A DNA stretch of 59,212 nt from NCBI GenBank assembly GCA_026706565.1, contig JAPOYM010000106.1, forward strand, positions 1 through 59,212, read 5' to 3'. Positions 1 to 7,722 of this stretch are shown one piece after another. Positions within the stretch are counted from its first letter, which is position 1. Every line of letters begins with the position of its first letter. This stretch comes from a bacterium (GTDB lineage Bacteria; Actinomycetota; Acidimicrobiia; Acidimicrobiales; CATQHL01). The translations under genes and the position numbers were made by a program. The notes below the pieces were generated by a model. It did no database searches and was not told where the DNA came from. It saw only the letters and a list, made by a program, of their open reading frames with translations.

Positions 1-634
1 GCACGGCTGATCGGATCGGCTCATACAGCGCCCCGGCTACGGCTATCGCGCCGAGTTGGGAGTCGGCCAGCCAATCGCCGGGCGCCGCCTCCACCACACC
101 CAGGCCGACGACCGGCACAGTGTCGTCTAAAAGGTCGTCTGAAAGGTTGTCTGAGAGGTCGTCTGAGAGCGTGGGCACGAACTCCAAGACCCTGCCCCCG
201 GCGCCGGTGAGCGCCCAGCCGCCGGGCATCGCCACCGCAGCCACGGGGACTCGTTCGGAGACCCTGAACGTCACGCTGCCGTCCCAGCCTCGGACCGAGT
301 AGACGTCCTTCACCCAAGGCAGGCGGGCGACGCGGGCGCGGGCGGCCCCCAGGTCGAGCCAGACCAACGGCTGCCCCCGGCCTATCCCGGCGGCATCCAG
401 AATCTCTGCGGGCAGCGTCCTCGCCGCGCCGCTGACCGTGACGCGCTCTACCGTGACGCGCTCCACATCGAGCAGTTCGCTGCGCGTCGCCAGGTACCCG
501 CAGACCAACACGAAGGAGACCGCCAACCCGCTCCACAGCAGGCGACGCCGGCGGCGCTCGCCCGTGCGGGCAGCGGCCACTACATCCGCGCGGCGCTGGG
601 CGATGCGCGGGTGAACCACGCCCGGTGCGGTCAT
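1..634 (-). CDS. ftsQ: Cell division protein FtsQ (partial; C-terminus lies beyond the left edge)
   Basis: Absent from the ORF track because it has no stop in the window. The minus frame is open from ATG 634 to position 1. Translation is MTAPGVVHPRIAQRRADVV..RRRRRLLWSGLAVSFVLVCGYL (basic N-terminus plus one TM), then POTRA-like VERVTVSGAARTLPAEILDAAGIGRGQPLVWLDLGAARARVARLPWVKDVYSVRGWDGSVTFRVSERVPVA. It follows murB, as expected at the end of a dcw cluster. Confidence 0.75.
   Translation of the reverse strand, partial: MTAPGVVHPRIAQRRADVVAAARTGERRRRRLLWSGLAVSFVLVCGYLATRSELLDVERVTVERVTVSGAARTLPAEILDAAGIGRGQPLVWLDLGAARARVARLPWVKDVYSVRGWDGSVTFRVSERVPVAAVAMPGGWALTGAGGRVLEFVPTLSDDLSDNLSDDLLDDTVPVVGLGVVEAAPGDWLADSQLGAIAVAGALYEPIRSAV
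123..170. repeat. 4 x 12-nt imperfect tandem repeat (gtcgtctaaaag / gtcgtctgaaag / gttgtctgagag / gtcgtctgagag), in frame inside ftsQ
   Basis: Read directly from the sequence. On the minus strand it encodes LSDD-LSDN-LSDD-LLDD. Its GC content is visibly lower than the flanks. Confidence 0.9.
435..464. repeat. 2 x 15-nt tandem duplication inside ftsQ (accgtgacgcgctct / accgtgacgcgctcc)
   Basis: Read directly from the sequence. It encodes the duplicated peptide ERVTV-ERVTV at the start of the POTRA-like region. Confidence 0.9.
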
Positions 635-663
635 GGGTCGCTCCTGGTCATGGGTCGCTCCTG
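630..663. repeat. Perfect 2 x 17-nt tandem duplication of the murB-stop/ftsQ-start junction (gtcatgggtcgctcctg x2)
   Basis: Read directly from the sequence. Each copy carries AGGAGCGACCCATGA on the minus strand, i.e. an SD-like AGGAG plus an ATGA start/stop overlap. Confidence 0.95.
631..651 (-). other. 6-codon relay mini-ORF (MTRSDP*) bridging murB and ftsQ
   Basis: ATG at 651..649 overlaps the murB TGA (650..648). Its own TGA at 633..631 overlaps the ftsQ ATG (634..632). It is created by the 17-nt duplication. Translation is not demonstrated. Confidence 0.3.
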
Positions 664-1610
664 AAGGGTTCCTCGAACCCGACGAGACGGGTCTCGGGAT
701 GCAAACGGACCCCGCTGTGCGCCTCGACTCGGCGGGCCACCTCCCGCATGAGCGAGAGCACGTCCACGGAGGCGCCCCCGTGGTCGGCCCCGATGAAGTT
801 GGCGTGGAGCTCTGAGACCGAGGCGCTGCCGTGGCGCAGACCCTTGCAGCCCGCCGCCTCCACGAGCCGCCCCGCGAAGTCGCCCGGAGGGTTCATGAAC
901 ACCGACCCCGCATTGGCGCCCCCCGGCTGGTTCCGGCGGCGCCAGCGGACTACCTCCCGGATGAGCCGCTCCTCGTGCTCGCGGTCGCCGGCGCGCAGCA
1001 TCAGCTCAACCTCAACTACAACTTGAGATGACTCCAGGACGGAGGACCGGTAGCCGAGCAGCAGGTCCTCGAGGCCGAGGCAATGTCTCTGTCCCGTCGC
1101 CAAGTCGGCCACTTCCACCCGCCGGAGCACTTCGCGCATGTCCGAGCCGTGTCCGCCGGCGTTCATGCAGACCGCGCCGCCGACGCTGCCGGGCACCCCG
1201 ACAGCCCAGCTGAATCCGCCGAGCGCGGCGGCTGCACACTGGCGGGCCAGCACCGGCATGGGTGTGGCCCCGCCCGCCGTGACGACGGGCGCCTCGATCC
1301 GGGCTACCGCGAACGCCGGGCCGAGGCGCAGCGCCAGACCGTCGAAGCCGGAGTCGCCCACGAGCAGGTTCGACCCGAGGCCGACGACGAGGATCGGCCA
1401 GTCCTTCGATGCCGTCTCGGCCGCGAGGCGCCGGAGGTCTCGCTCCGAGCCGACCTCGACGAGCAGGGTGGCGGGACCGCCGACACGGTAGGTGGTCAGG
1501 GCGCCGAGCGGCGCGCCGAGCGCGACCGTGCTGTCAGGCATCTTGGAGCGGAGCGACTCTGCAAGCCCCGCCCAGTCGGGCCGCCCGCGCGGCATGCCAG
1601 GACCGTTCAC
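648..1610 (-). CDS. murB: UDP-N-acetylenolpyruvoylglucosamine reductase
   Basis: This is the C-terminal part of ORF 648..2273: GAPLGALTTYRVGGPATLLVEV, VVGLGSNLLV, GVPGSVGGAVCMNAGGHG, SVFMNPPGD (MurB FAD-binding fold). The start is set at GTG 1610, a GTGA overlap with the murC stop as seen throughout this cluster; ATG 1595 is the alternative. Confidence 0.85.
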   Translation of the reverse strand: MNGPGMPRGRPDWAGLAESLRSKMPDSTVALGAPLGALTTYRVGGPATLLVEVGSERDLRRLAAETASKDWPILVVGLGSNLLVGDSGFDGLALRLGPAFAVARIEAPVVTAGGATPMPVLARQCAAAALGGFSWAVGVPGSVGGAVCMNAGGHGSDMREVLRRVEVADLATGQRHCLGLEDLLLGYRSSVLESSQVVVEVELMLRAGDREHEERLIREVVRWRRRNQPGGANAGSVFMNPPGDFAGRLVEAAGCKGLRHGSASVSELHANFIGADHGGASVDVLSLMREVARRVEAHSGVRLHPETRLVGFEEPFRSDP

Positions 1611-3019
1611 GACGCCAGCTCGGCCATCAGCTCGTCGGGCAGGGTCGTCAGGTCGCCGGCGTTGAGGGTGAGGCAGAGGTCGCCGGGGCGCAGCTCGCGC
1701 ACCAGGTACCGCGACAGGTCCCCGCGGTGGGGGAACCACCCCACCCGCTTGTAGGGCTCGGCGTCGAGCAGAGAGTCGACGAGCATCTTGCCGCTGACAC
1801 CCGGCCGCGGCGCTTCGCCGGCGGCATAGACGTCGGTCAGGGCGACGAAGTCGGCGTCGCGGAACGAGGCGCCGAACTCGCGCCACAGGGCCGCGGTCCG
1901 GGTGTAGCGGTGCGGCTGGTAGACGCAAACGATCCGCCGCCAGCCGCCGCTCCTGGCCGCGGCCAACACAGCGGATATCTCTCCGGGGAGGTGGGCGTAG
2001 TCGTCCACGAAGGTGACCCCGCCGGCTTCGCCTCGGAACTCGTAGCGGCGCGAGACCCCGCCGTAGTGGGCCAGGATCTCCGCGGCGCGGGCCAGAGGGA
2101 CGCCCAAGTGTTCGGCGCAGGCCACCGCCGCGGCGGCGTTCAAGGCGTTGTGCGCCCCCGGAACCGGCAGGCGGACCCTCACCGCGTCGCCGTCTCGGCG
2201 CTCCAGGCGGAACTCTGCGCCGGTCCGCGTCGCTGCGAGGTCCGAGAGTCGCAACGCCGCTCCGGCGGACCATCCGTAGCCGACCGCGTCGGCGTGGGCA
2301 GCGGCGAAACGGCTACCCCAGGGATCGTCGGCACAGACCAGGCGCAGCCCCTCGACGGGGCCGAGGAACTCCTCGAACGCCCCGTGCAGCCCCTCGACGG
2401 AGCCGTAGCGGTCCAAGTGGTCGGCTTCGACGCTCGTGACCGCTGCGGCCTCGGGGGCGAGCTGCAGGAACGTGCCGTCGCTCTCGTCGGCTTCGACCAC
2501 CAGCCACTCCCCCGATCCCCACACGGCGCCGCTGCCGACCTCGTTCACATCGCCCCCGACGATGAACGACGGCCGGCAGCCGGCTTCGTCGAGGATCAGC
2601 CCGAGCATGGAGGCCGTCGTCGTCTTGCCGTGCGTGCCGGCCACCGCCAGGGTTCGGCGGCGCCGGCAGACGGCGGCCAGGATGTCGGCGCGGGAGCACA
2701 CGGGGATGCCGGCGCGGCGCGCCGCTGCGACCTCGACGTTGCGCTCCCCCACCGCGCTGGAGCGGGCCACGAGGTCCGCCACGGCGCCCGGCGGAACCTC
2801 GGCGCCCAGCAGCGACGGCTCCGTAACGTGTTCGGCCCGGTGCCCGACGACCACGCCGAGCCCGCCCGCCCGGAGGCGCTCGAACGCCGCGGACACCTTG
2901 AGGTCCGAGCCGGTGACCAGGTGCCCGCTAGCGGCCAGCACGGTCGCTATGGCGCTCATCCCGGCGCCGCCGATGCCGACGACGTGGATGTGCCCGACGC
3001 GGTCGAGGTCTATTCTCAC
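1607..3019 (-). CDS. murC: UDP-N-acetylmuramate--L-alanine ligase
   Basis: 470 aa. VGIGGAGMSAIATVLAASGHLVTGSDL at the N-terminus, AGTHGKTTTASM P-loop, Mur ligase middle and C-terminal domains. GTGA overlap with murG. Confidence 0.95.
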   Translation of the reverse strand: MRIDLDRVGHIHVVGIGGAGMSAIATVLAASGHLVTGSDLKVSAAFERLRAGGLGVVVGHRAEHVTEPSLLGAEVPPGAVADLVARSSAVGERNVEVAAARRAGIPVCSRADILAAVCRRRRTLAVAGTHGKTTTASMLGLILDEAGCRPSFIVGGDVNEVGSGAVWGSGEWLVVEADESDGTFLQLAPEAAAVTSVEADHLDRYGSVEGLHGAFEEFLGPVEGLRLVCADDPWGSRFAAAHADAVGYGWSAGAALRLSDLAATRTGAEFRLERRDGDAVRVRLPVPGAHNALNAAAAVACAEHLGVPLARAAEILAHYGGVSRRYEFRGEAGGVTFVDDYAHLPGEISAVLAAARSGGWRRIVCVYQPHRYTRTAALWREFGASFRDADFVALTDVYAAGEAPRPGVSGKMLVDSLLDAEPYKRVGWFPHRGDLSRYLVRELRPGDLCLTLNAGDLTTLPDELMAELAS

Positions 3020-4173
3020 GGCGTCCCCCCGGCGGCGCTGCGGAGCAGGTCGGCCACCCGCTCGGCGGCCTGCGGCGGCGCGCTGGCCGCGGCGGCGCGC
3101 TCCATTGCGGCGAGCCTCTCCGGGTCGGCCAGGAGGGCGCTGATCTCAGCGGCTAGACGCTCGCCGTCCAGTTCCGCCTCGGCCACCACGACGGCGCCGC
3201 CGGCGTCGGCCACGGCCGCGGCGTTGGCACTCTGGTGGCCGCCGGTGGCCTGCGCCAAGGGCACGAGCAGCGCGGCGCGGCCCGCCGCCGCCAGTTCGGC
3301 CACGACGGAGCCGCCGGCGCGGCTGACGACGAGGTCCGCCGCGGCCAGAGCCGACGGCATGTCCTCCTCGTAGTCCACGGCTTCGTAACCGAGCGCCTCT
3401 GAGCCGCTGCGGGCCTCGCTGGCCGCGGCCGCGGGGCCCAGGACGTGGCGCACCGCGATATCGCCCCGGCCGGAGAGCCGCTCGCAGGCGTCGGAGACGG
3501 CCGCGTTGAGCCGCGCCGACCCCAGCGAGCCCCCGACGACCAGGACGAGCCGCCGGCCGGGATCGATGCCGAGGCGATCGCGCGCCCGCCGGCGCCGGTC
3601 GGCGCATCCCGCCTCGTCGCCGCCCGAGGGACCGCGCCCGGCGATGGCGGCCCGCACCGGGAGCCCGGTGACGACCACATTGGCGAGGGCGACGCTGGGG
3701 AACGCCGCCGCGCAGGCGACAGCCCAGCGCGCCGCCAGCCGGTTCGCCGCGCCGGCCACGGCGTTGGCCTCCAGCACCACGACGGGGACGCCGGCGAGGC
3801 GCGCCGCCAGGGCGCAGGCCGCGCTCACGTAGCCGCCCTGCGCCAGCACGACCCGCGGGGCGCTGCGCCGCAGCAGGCCCCAGCACTGCCACACGCCCCG
3901 GGCGAGGGCCGCGCCCGCAGCAAGGTTGGCGACGGTCAGGCGGCGCTGCACGCCGCGGGCGCAGATCGCGGTGGCCGCGAACCCGGCTGCGGCGACGGTG
4001 CCGGCGTCCAGGGGGCGCCGGCTCACGACGAAGCGGATGGCCCCGGCGCTCACGCCCCCGTCCACGAGGGCCTCGGCCACCGCCAGCCCGGGGTAGAGGT
4101 GCCCGCCGGTGCCCCCGCCGGCGACCACCGCCCAGAGGGGCGGGCGGGCCGCTGCGCCCTCAGGCCGGCTCAC
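3016..4173 (-). CDS. murG: Undecaprenyldiphospho-muramoylpentapeptide beta-N-acetylglucosaminyltransferase
   Basis: This is the C-terminal 385 codons of ORF 3016..5130: VVAGGGTGGHLYPGLAVAEAL, VVGGSLGSARLN, GGHQSANA (GT28 signatures). The start is GTG 4173, overlapping the ftsW TGA. Confidence 0.93.
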   Translation of the reverse strand: MSRPEGAAARPPLWAVVAGGGTGGHLYPGLAVAEALVDGGVSAGAIRFVVSRRPLDAGTVAAAGFAATAICARGVQRRLTVANLAAGAALARGVWQCWGLLRRSAPRVVLAQGGYVSAACALAARLAGVPVVVLEANAVAGAANRLAARWAVACAAAFPSVALANVVVTGLPVRAAIAGRGPSGGDEAGCADRRRRARDRLGIDPGRRLVLVVGGSLGSARLNAAVSDACERLSGRGDIAVRHVLGPAAAASEARSGSEALGYEAVDYEEDMPSALAAADLVVSRAGGSVVAELAAAGRAALLVPLAQATGGHQSANAAAVADAGGAVVVAEAELDGERLAAEISALLADPERLAAMERAAAASAPPQAAERVADLLRSAAGGTP

Positions 4174-5342
4174 CGCGACCTGCCCTGGCGCGCCACGTTC
4201 ATGAGGATCCCCGCCGCTGCGAGGTTCACGACCAGGCTCGAACCGCCGTAGGAGATGAACGGGAGCGGGACCCCCATCGTCGGCAGCAGGCCCTGAGCCA
4301 CCGCGATGTTGCTGAAGGCCTGCAGCACCAGCCAGCCGGTGATCCCCGCCGCCAGGAACGCCCCGTAGGGGTCCGGGGCGTCGCGGACGGCTCGGACCCC
4401 CAGCGCGCCCAGGCAGAAGAACGCCCCGACGACCACGCCCGCGCCGAGGAGCCCCAGTTCCTCCGCGACGACGACGTAGATGAAGTCGGTGTGGGCGTAG
4501 GGCAGGAAGGCCAGGCTCGCCCGCCCGCCCCCGGGCCCCAGTCCGGTGAGGCCCCCCGAGGCGATTCCAACCTGCGCCTGCACGATCTGATAGCCCACGC
4601 CGTAGGGGTCCGACCAGGGGTCGAAGAAGGACGCCAGGCGCTGCCGGCGATAGCTGAACAGGAAGGTGAACAGCAGGATCGCCCCGCCCCCCAGCGCCAT
4701 GAGCCAAGCCAGCTGGCGAGCGGGGATGCCCGCCATGAACAGCATGACGAACAGGATCCCGGCGAGCAGCACGACCGTGCCGAGGCTCGGCTGAGCGAGG
4801 ATCAGCGCCGACATGGCCCCGAAGACCGCGGCGAGGGGCAGCAGGACCGCCCTGATGCTGCTGAGGTCGTCGAAGCGACGCGACAGGAGCGAGGCTGCGA
4901 ACAGCACGAGGGCCAGCTTCGCCGCCTCCGACGGCTGCACGACGAATCCGGCCAGACGCACCCAGCGGGACGAACCGTTCACGGTGATCACCAGCGGCGA
5001 GGGGAACAGCAGGAACGCCAGCGCAGCGAGCACCGCGGCGACCGCCCCGCCCGTGAGCAGCGGGGCGCGCCAGCGGTGGTAGTCCACCCGCAAGGTCACG
5101 ACGCCAGCTACGAGCCCCATCGCCAGCCACATCCCCTGCAGGCGCGCGTGGTGGAAGGCGGTTCCGGCGCTGTCTATGGAGGTCACCGTGGAGGACGTGA
5201 GGACCATGACGAGGCCCAGGACGCAGAGAATCGCCACGACCACGACGAGGCCCACGAAGGTCCCCGAGCGGCGGCCCGCCGGCGGCCGGAGCATCGGCCG
5301 GGCAGAGCGGCCGCCCGCGGTGACCGAAGTCACCTCGCTCAT
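4170..5342 (-). CDS. ftsW: SEDS-family peptidoglycan polymerase FtsW
   Basis: 390 aa from ATG 5342 (ATGA overlap with the murD stop). Ten or so hydrophobic helices. QPSEAAKLALVLF, HTDFIYVVVAEELG and PLPFISYGGSS are FtsW/RodA hallmarks. Confidence 0.92.
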   Translation of the reverse strand: MSEVTSVTAGGRSARPMLRPPAGRRSGTFVGLVVVVAILCVLGLVMVLTSSTVTSIDSAGTAFHHARLQGMWLAMGLVAGVVTLRVDYHRWRAPLLTGGAVAAVLAALAFLLFPSPLVITVNGSSRWVRLAGFVVQPSEAAKLALVLFAASLLSRRFDDLSSIRAVLLPLAAVFGAMSALILAQPSLGTVVLLAGILFVMLFMAGIPARQLAWLMALGGGAILLFTFLFSYRRQRLASFFDPWSDPYGVGYQIVQAQVGIASGGLTGLGPGGGRASLAFLPYAHTDFIYVVVAEELGLLGAGVVVGAFFCLGALGVRAVRDAPDPYGAFLAAGITGWLVLQAFSNIAVAQGLLPTMGVPLPFISYGGSSLVVNLAAAGILMNVARQGRSR

Positions 5343-6670
5343 CGTCTCTCCCCGCCGAGGGAGGCCCGCACCACAGCGGCGAAGTGCTCGCCTCGCTGGC
5401 GGTAGGAGTCGTAGCTGTCGAAGGAGGCGCAGCCCGGCGCCAAGAGGACGGCGTCGCCCGCGAGCGCCAACTCGCCGGCCGCGGCCACCGCCGCGCCCAT
5501 GTCCTCGGCTCGGACCACAGGCGCCCGGCCCGCGAAGACCGAGCTGACCTCCGCCGCCGACTCGCCGACAGCGACGACGGCGCGCACCGACGGGGCGGCT
5601 GCGAGACAGCTGAGGTCGAGGCCCTTGTTCCGCCCGCCGGCGATGAGCACTACCGAGTCGAACGCCGAAGCCGCGGCCAGCGCCGCCGACGGGGTGGTCG
5701 CCTTCGAGTCGTTGTACCAGCGGTTCGCCGCCGTCTCGGCCACCAGTTCGAGCCGGTGCGGCAGCCCGCCGAACCCCGCCAAGGCGGCCCGAAGGTCCTC
5801 GAGGGGGGTCCCGGCGGCCAGAGCGCAGGCGGCCGCCGCCGCCGCGTTCAGCAGGTCGTGCGGGAAGCGCCGCGGCATCTCGGCGATGTCGATGACTGCT
5901 TCGCCGCAGGCCCGCAGCGTTCCGCCGACCGCCGCCACGTCGCTTCCCGGCGTCCCGAAGGTCACCGTCCGGCCCGCAGCGGGGCGGCGGGCCCGCACCA
6001 CCGGGTCGGCCTCGTTCACCACGGCGACCTGCCCTGAGCCCAGGTTCCGCCAGATCGTCGCCTTCGCCTCGGCATAACTCTCCACTGAAGCGTGAATGTC
6101 GAGGTGGTCCGCAGCGAAGTTCAGCCAGGCGGCCACACACGGCCGGAACGACCGGCTCCGCCCCAGGCGGAACGAGGAGGCCTCCACCACGAAGAGCGCG
6201 GGCGCCGGGTCCGCAATGGCGCTGACGAGGGGCAGTTCGTTGTTGCCGGCGGCCACCGCCGCTGTGGTCGGCGCCAGCGCCGCGGCCACCAGCGTCGTGA
6301 CCGTCGTCTTGCCGTTGGTCCCGGTGATCGCCACGACGGGCCGGTCGTCCCAGAGCGCGGCCAAGTCGAACTCGCTCATGGTCGCGGTGCCCGCTCGGGC
6401 CGCCGCCCGGATCGCCCGGTGGCGCTCGGGCAGGCCCGGCGTGGGCAGGAAGGCGCCGCAGCGACGCATCAGCGCGGCGAGGGACTCGTCGTCGTCGGGT
6501 GCGGCGCGCAGCGGCACGCCCATCGCCGCTGAGGCTTCGAGGCAGTGCGCCGAGGGGGCGTCATCGATGGCGATTACATCGCCGCCCCGCTCGGCCAGCG
6601 CCGCGGCCACCGCGCGGTTCGTGGCCCCCATGCCCCACAGCAGGAACGGGCCGGCCGGCAGCGTCGTCAC
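5339..6670 (-). CDS. murD: UDP-N-acetylmuramoylalanine--D-glutamate ligase
   Basis: The last ~443 codons of the 803-aa ORF: ITGTNGKTTVTTLV, NDSKATTPSA, LLAPGCASFDSYDSYRQRGEHF. The start is GTG 6670 (GTGA overlap with the mraY stop). The upstream part of that ORF is an off-frame read through mraY. Confidence 0.93.
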   Translation of the reverse strand: MTTLPAGPFLLWGMGATNRAVAAALAERGGDVIAIDDAPSAHCLEASAAMGVPLRAAPDDDESLAALMRRCGAFLPTPGLPERHRAIRAAARAGTATMSEFDLAALWDDRPVVAITGTNGKTTVTTLVAAALAPTTAAVAAGNNELPLVSAIADPAPALFVVEASSFRLGRSRSFRPCVAAWLNFAADHLDIHASVESYAEAKATIWRNLGSGQVAVVNEADPVVRARRPAAGRTVTFGTPGSDVAAVGGTLRACGEAVIDIAEMPRRFPHDLLNAAAAAACALAAGTPLEDLRAALAGFGGLPHRLELVAETAANRWYNDSKATTPSAALAAASAFDSVVLIAGGRNKGLDLSCLAAAPSVRAVVAVGESAAEVSSVFAGRAPVVRAEDMGAAVAAAGELALAGDAVLLAPGCASFDSYDSYRQRGEHFAAVVRASLGGERR

Positions 6671-7722
6671 GGTGCGGCCCCCGCCGACTGTGAGTCCAGC
6701 AGCGGGAAGTAGTCCGCATAGAACAGGCCCAGTGCCACAGCGGTGGCGAATCCGGCGAGCAGCCAGAACCGCACGATGACCCACGTCTCGTGCCAACCGC
6801 GCTTCTCGAAGTGATGGTGCAGCGGCGCCATGGCGAACAGCCGGCGTCCGTCCATCCATTTGAACACGCCGATCTGCAGGATCACCGAGAGGGCTTCCAT
6901 CACGAACAGACCGCACATGATGGGCAGCAACAGATGCGTGTTGGTGGTGAGGGCGAGGCAGGCCAGGGCCGTGCCGACCGCCAGCGAGCCCGTGTCGCCC
7001 ATGATGATCTGCGCCGGCGCGGCGTTCCACCACAGGAAGCCGACGCAGCCGCCCAGCATCGCCGCGCCGACCACGGCGAGGTCCAAGGCGTGCGGAAGCC
7101 GGTACAGGTCGACGTGGCGGAAGGCCCAGTACCCGATGATGGTGAACGCCGCGAAGTTGAAGATGCTCGAACCCGCTGCCAGCCCGTCCAACCCGTCGGT
7201 GAAGTTCACCGCGTTGGATGTTCCGGTGACGATCAGGACCGCCCACAGCACCCATCCCACCGGGCCGAGGTCCCAGCCGATGCTCCCGACGCGGGTGAAG
7301 GACAGCTCCGTGCTGACGTCGGTCCCCAGCACGGTCACCGTGGCGAAGCCCGCGCCCACCGCGCACAGGCCCAGCATCTTGGCGCGCTTGCTGAGGCCCC
7401 TGCTGTCTGCCCGGGTGACCTTCAGCCAGTCGTCCAGCAGCCCGACGCAGGTAGCGGCCAAGGTGGCCAGCATCACGAAGATCCCCGTGCGGGTGAAGAT
7501 GCCGCCGTAGATGAAGTCGCTGCCCGCGTAGCCGGCGCAGGCGCCCGCCACGATGGCGAGGCCGCCCATGGTGGGCGTGCCGTGCTTGCGGGCGTGGGTG
7601 TCCGGTCCGTCGTCGCGGATCGGCTGGGTGAGGTTGCGCGCCCTGAACAGCGCTATCAGCACCCGTGTGCCCGCTAGGGACGCCACGGTGGCGATGGCGG
7701 CGGCGAGCAGCAGCCGGATCAC
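6667..7722 (-). CDS. mraY: Phospho-N-acetylmuramoyl-pentapeptide transferase
   Basis: 351 aa. HARKHGTPTMGG, NAVNFTDGLDGLA, GDTGSLAVG, MAPLHHHFE. Confidence 0.96.
   Translation of the reverse strand: MIRLLLAAAIATVASLAGTRVLIALFRARNLTQPIRDDGPDTHARKHGTPTMGGLAIVAGACAGYAGSDFIYGGIFTRTGIFVMLATLAATCVGLLDDWLKVTRADSRGLSKRAKMLGLCAVGAGFATVTVLGTDVSTELSFTRVGSIGWDLGPVGWVLWAVLIVTGTSNAVNFTDGLDGLAAGSSIFNFAAFTIIGYWAFRHVDLYRLPHALDLAVVGAAMLGGCVGFLWWNAAPAQIIMGDTGSLAVGTALACLALTTNTHLLLPIMCGLFVMEALSVILQIGVFKWMDGRRLFAMAPLHHHFEKRGWHETWVIVRFWLLAGFATAVALGLFYADYFPLLDSQSAGAAP

Noticed and set aside
21-536. 171-aa ORF on the minus strand at the left edge
   Set aside because: It is extremely Arg/Gly-rich and is an off-frame shadow of the real ftsQ frame, which is open from 634 to 1 and gives a clean TM + POTRA translation.
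1409-3373. 654-aa plus-strand ORF
   Set aside because: It is antisense to murB/murC/murG. Its low-complexity Arg/Ala/Gly/Pro composition is typical of shadow ORFs in very GC-rich DNA, and the opposite strand has unambiguous Mur proteins.
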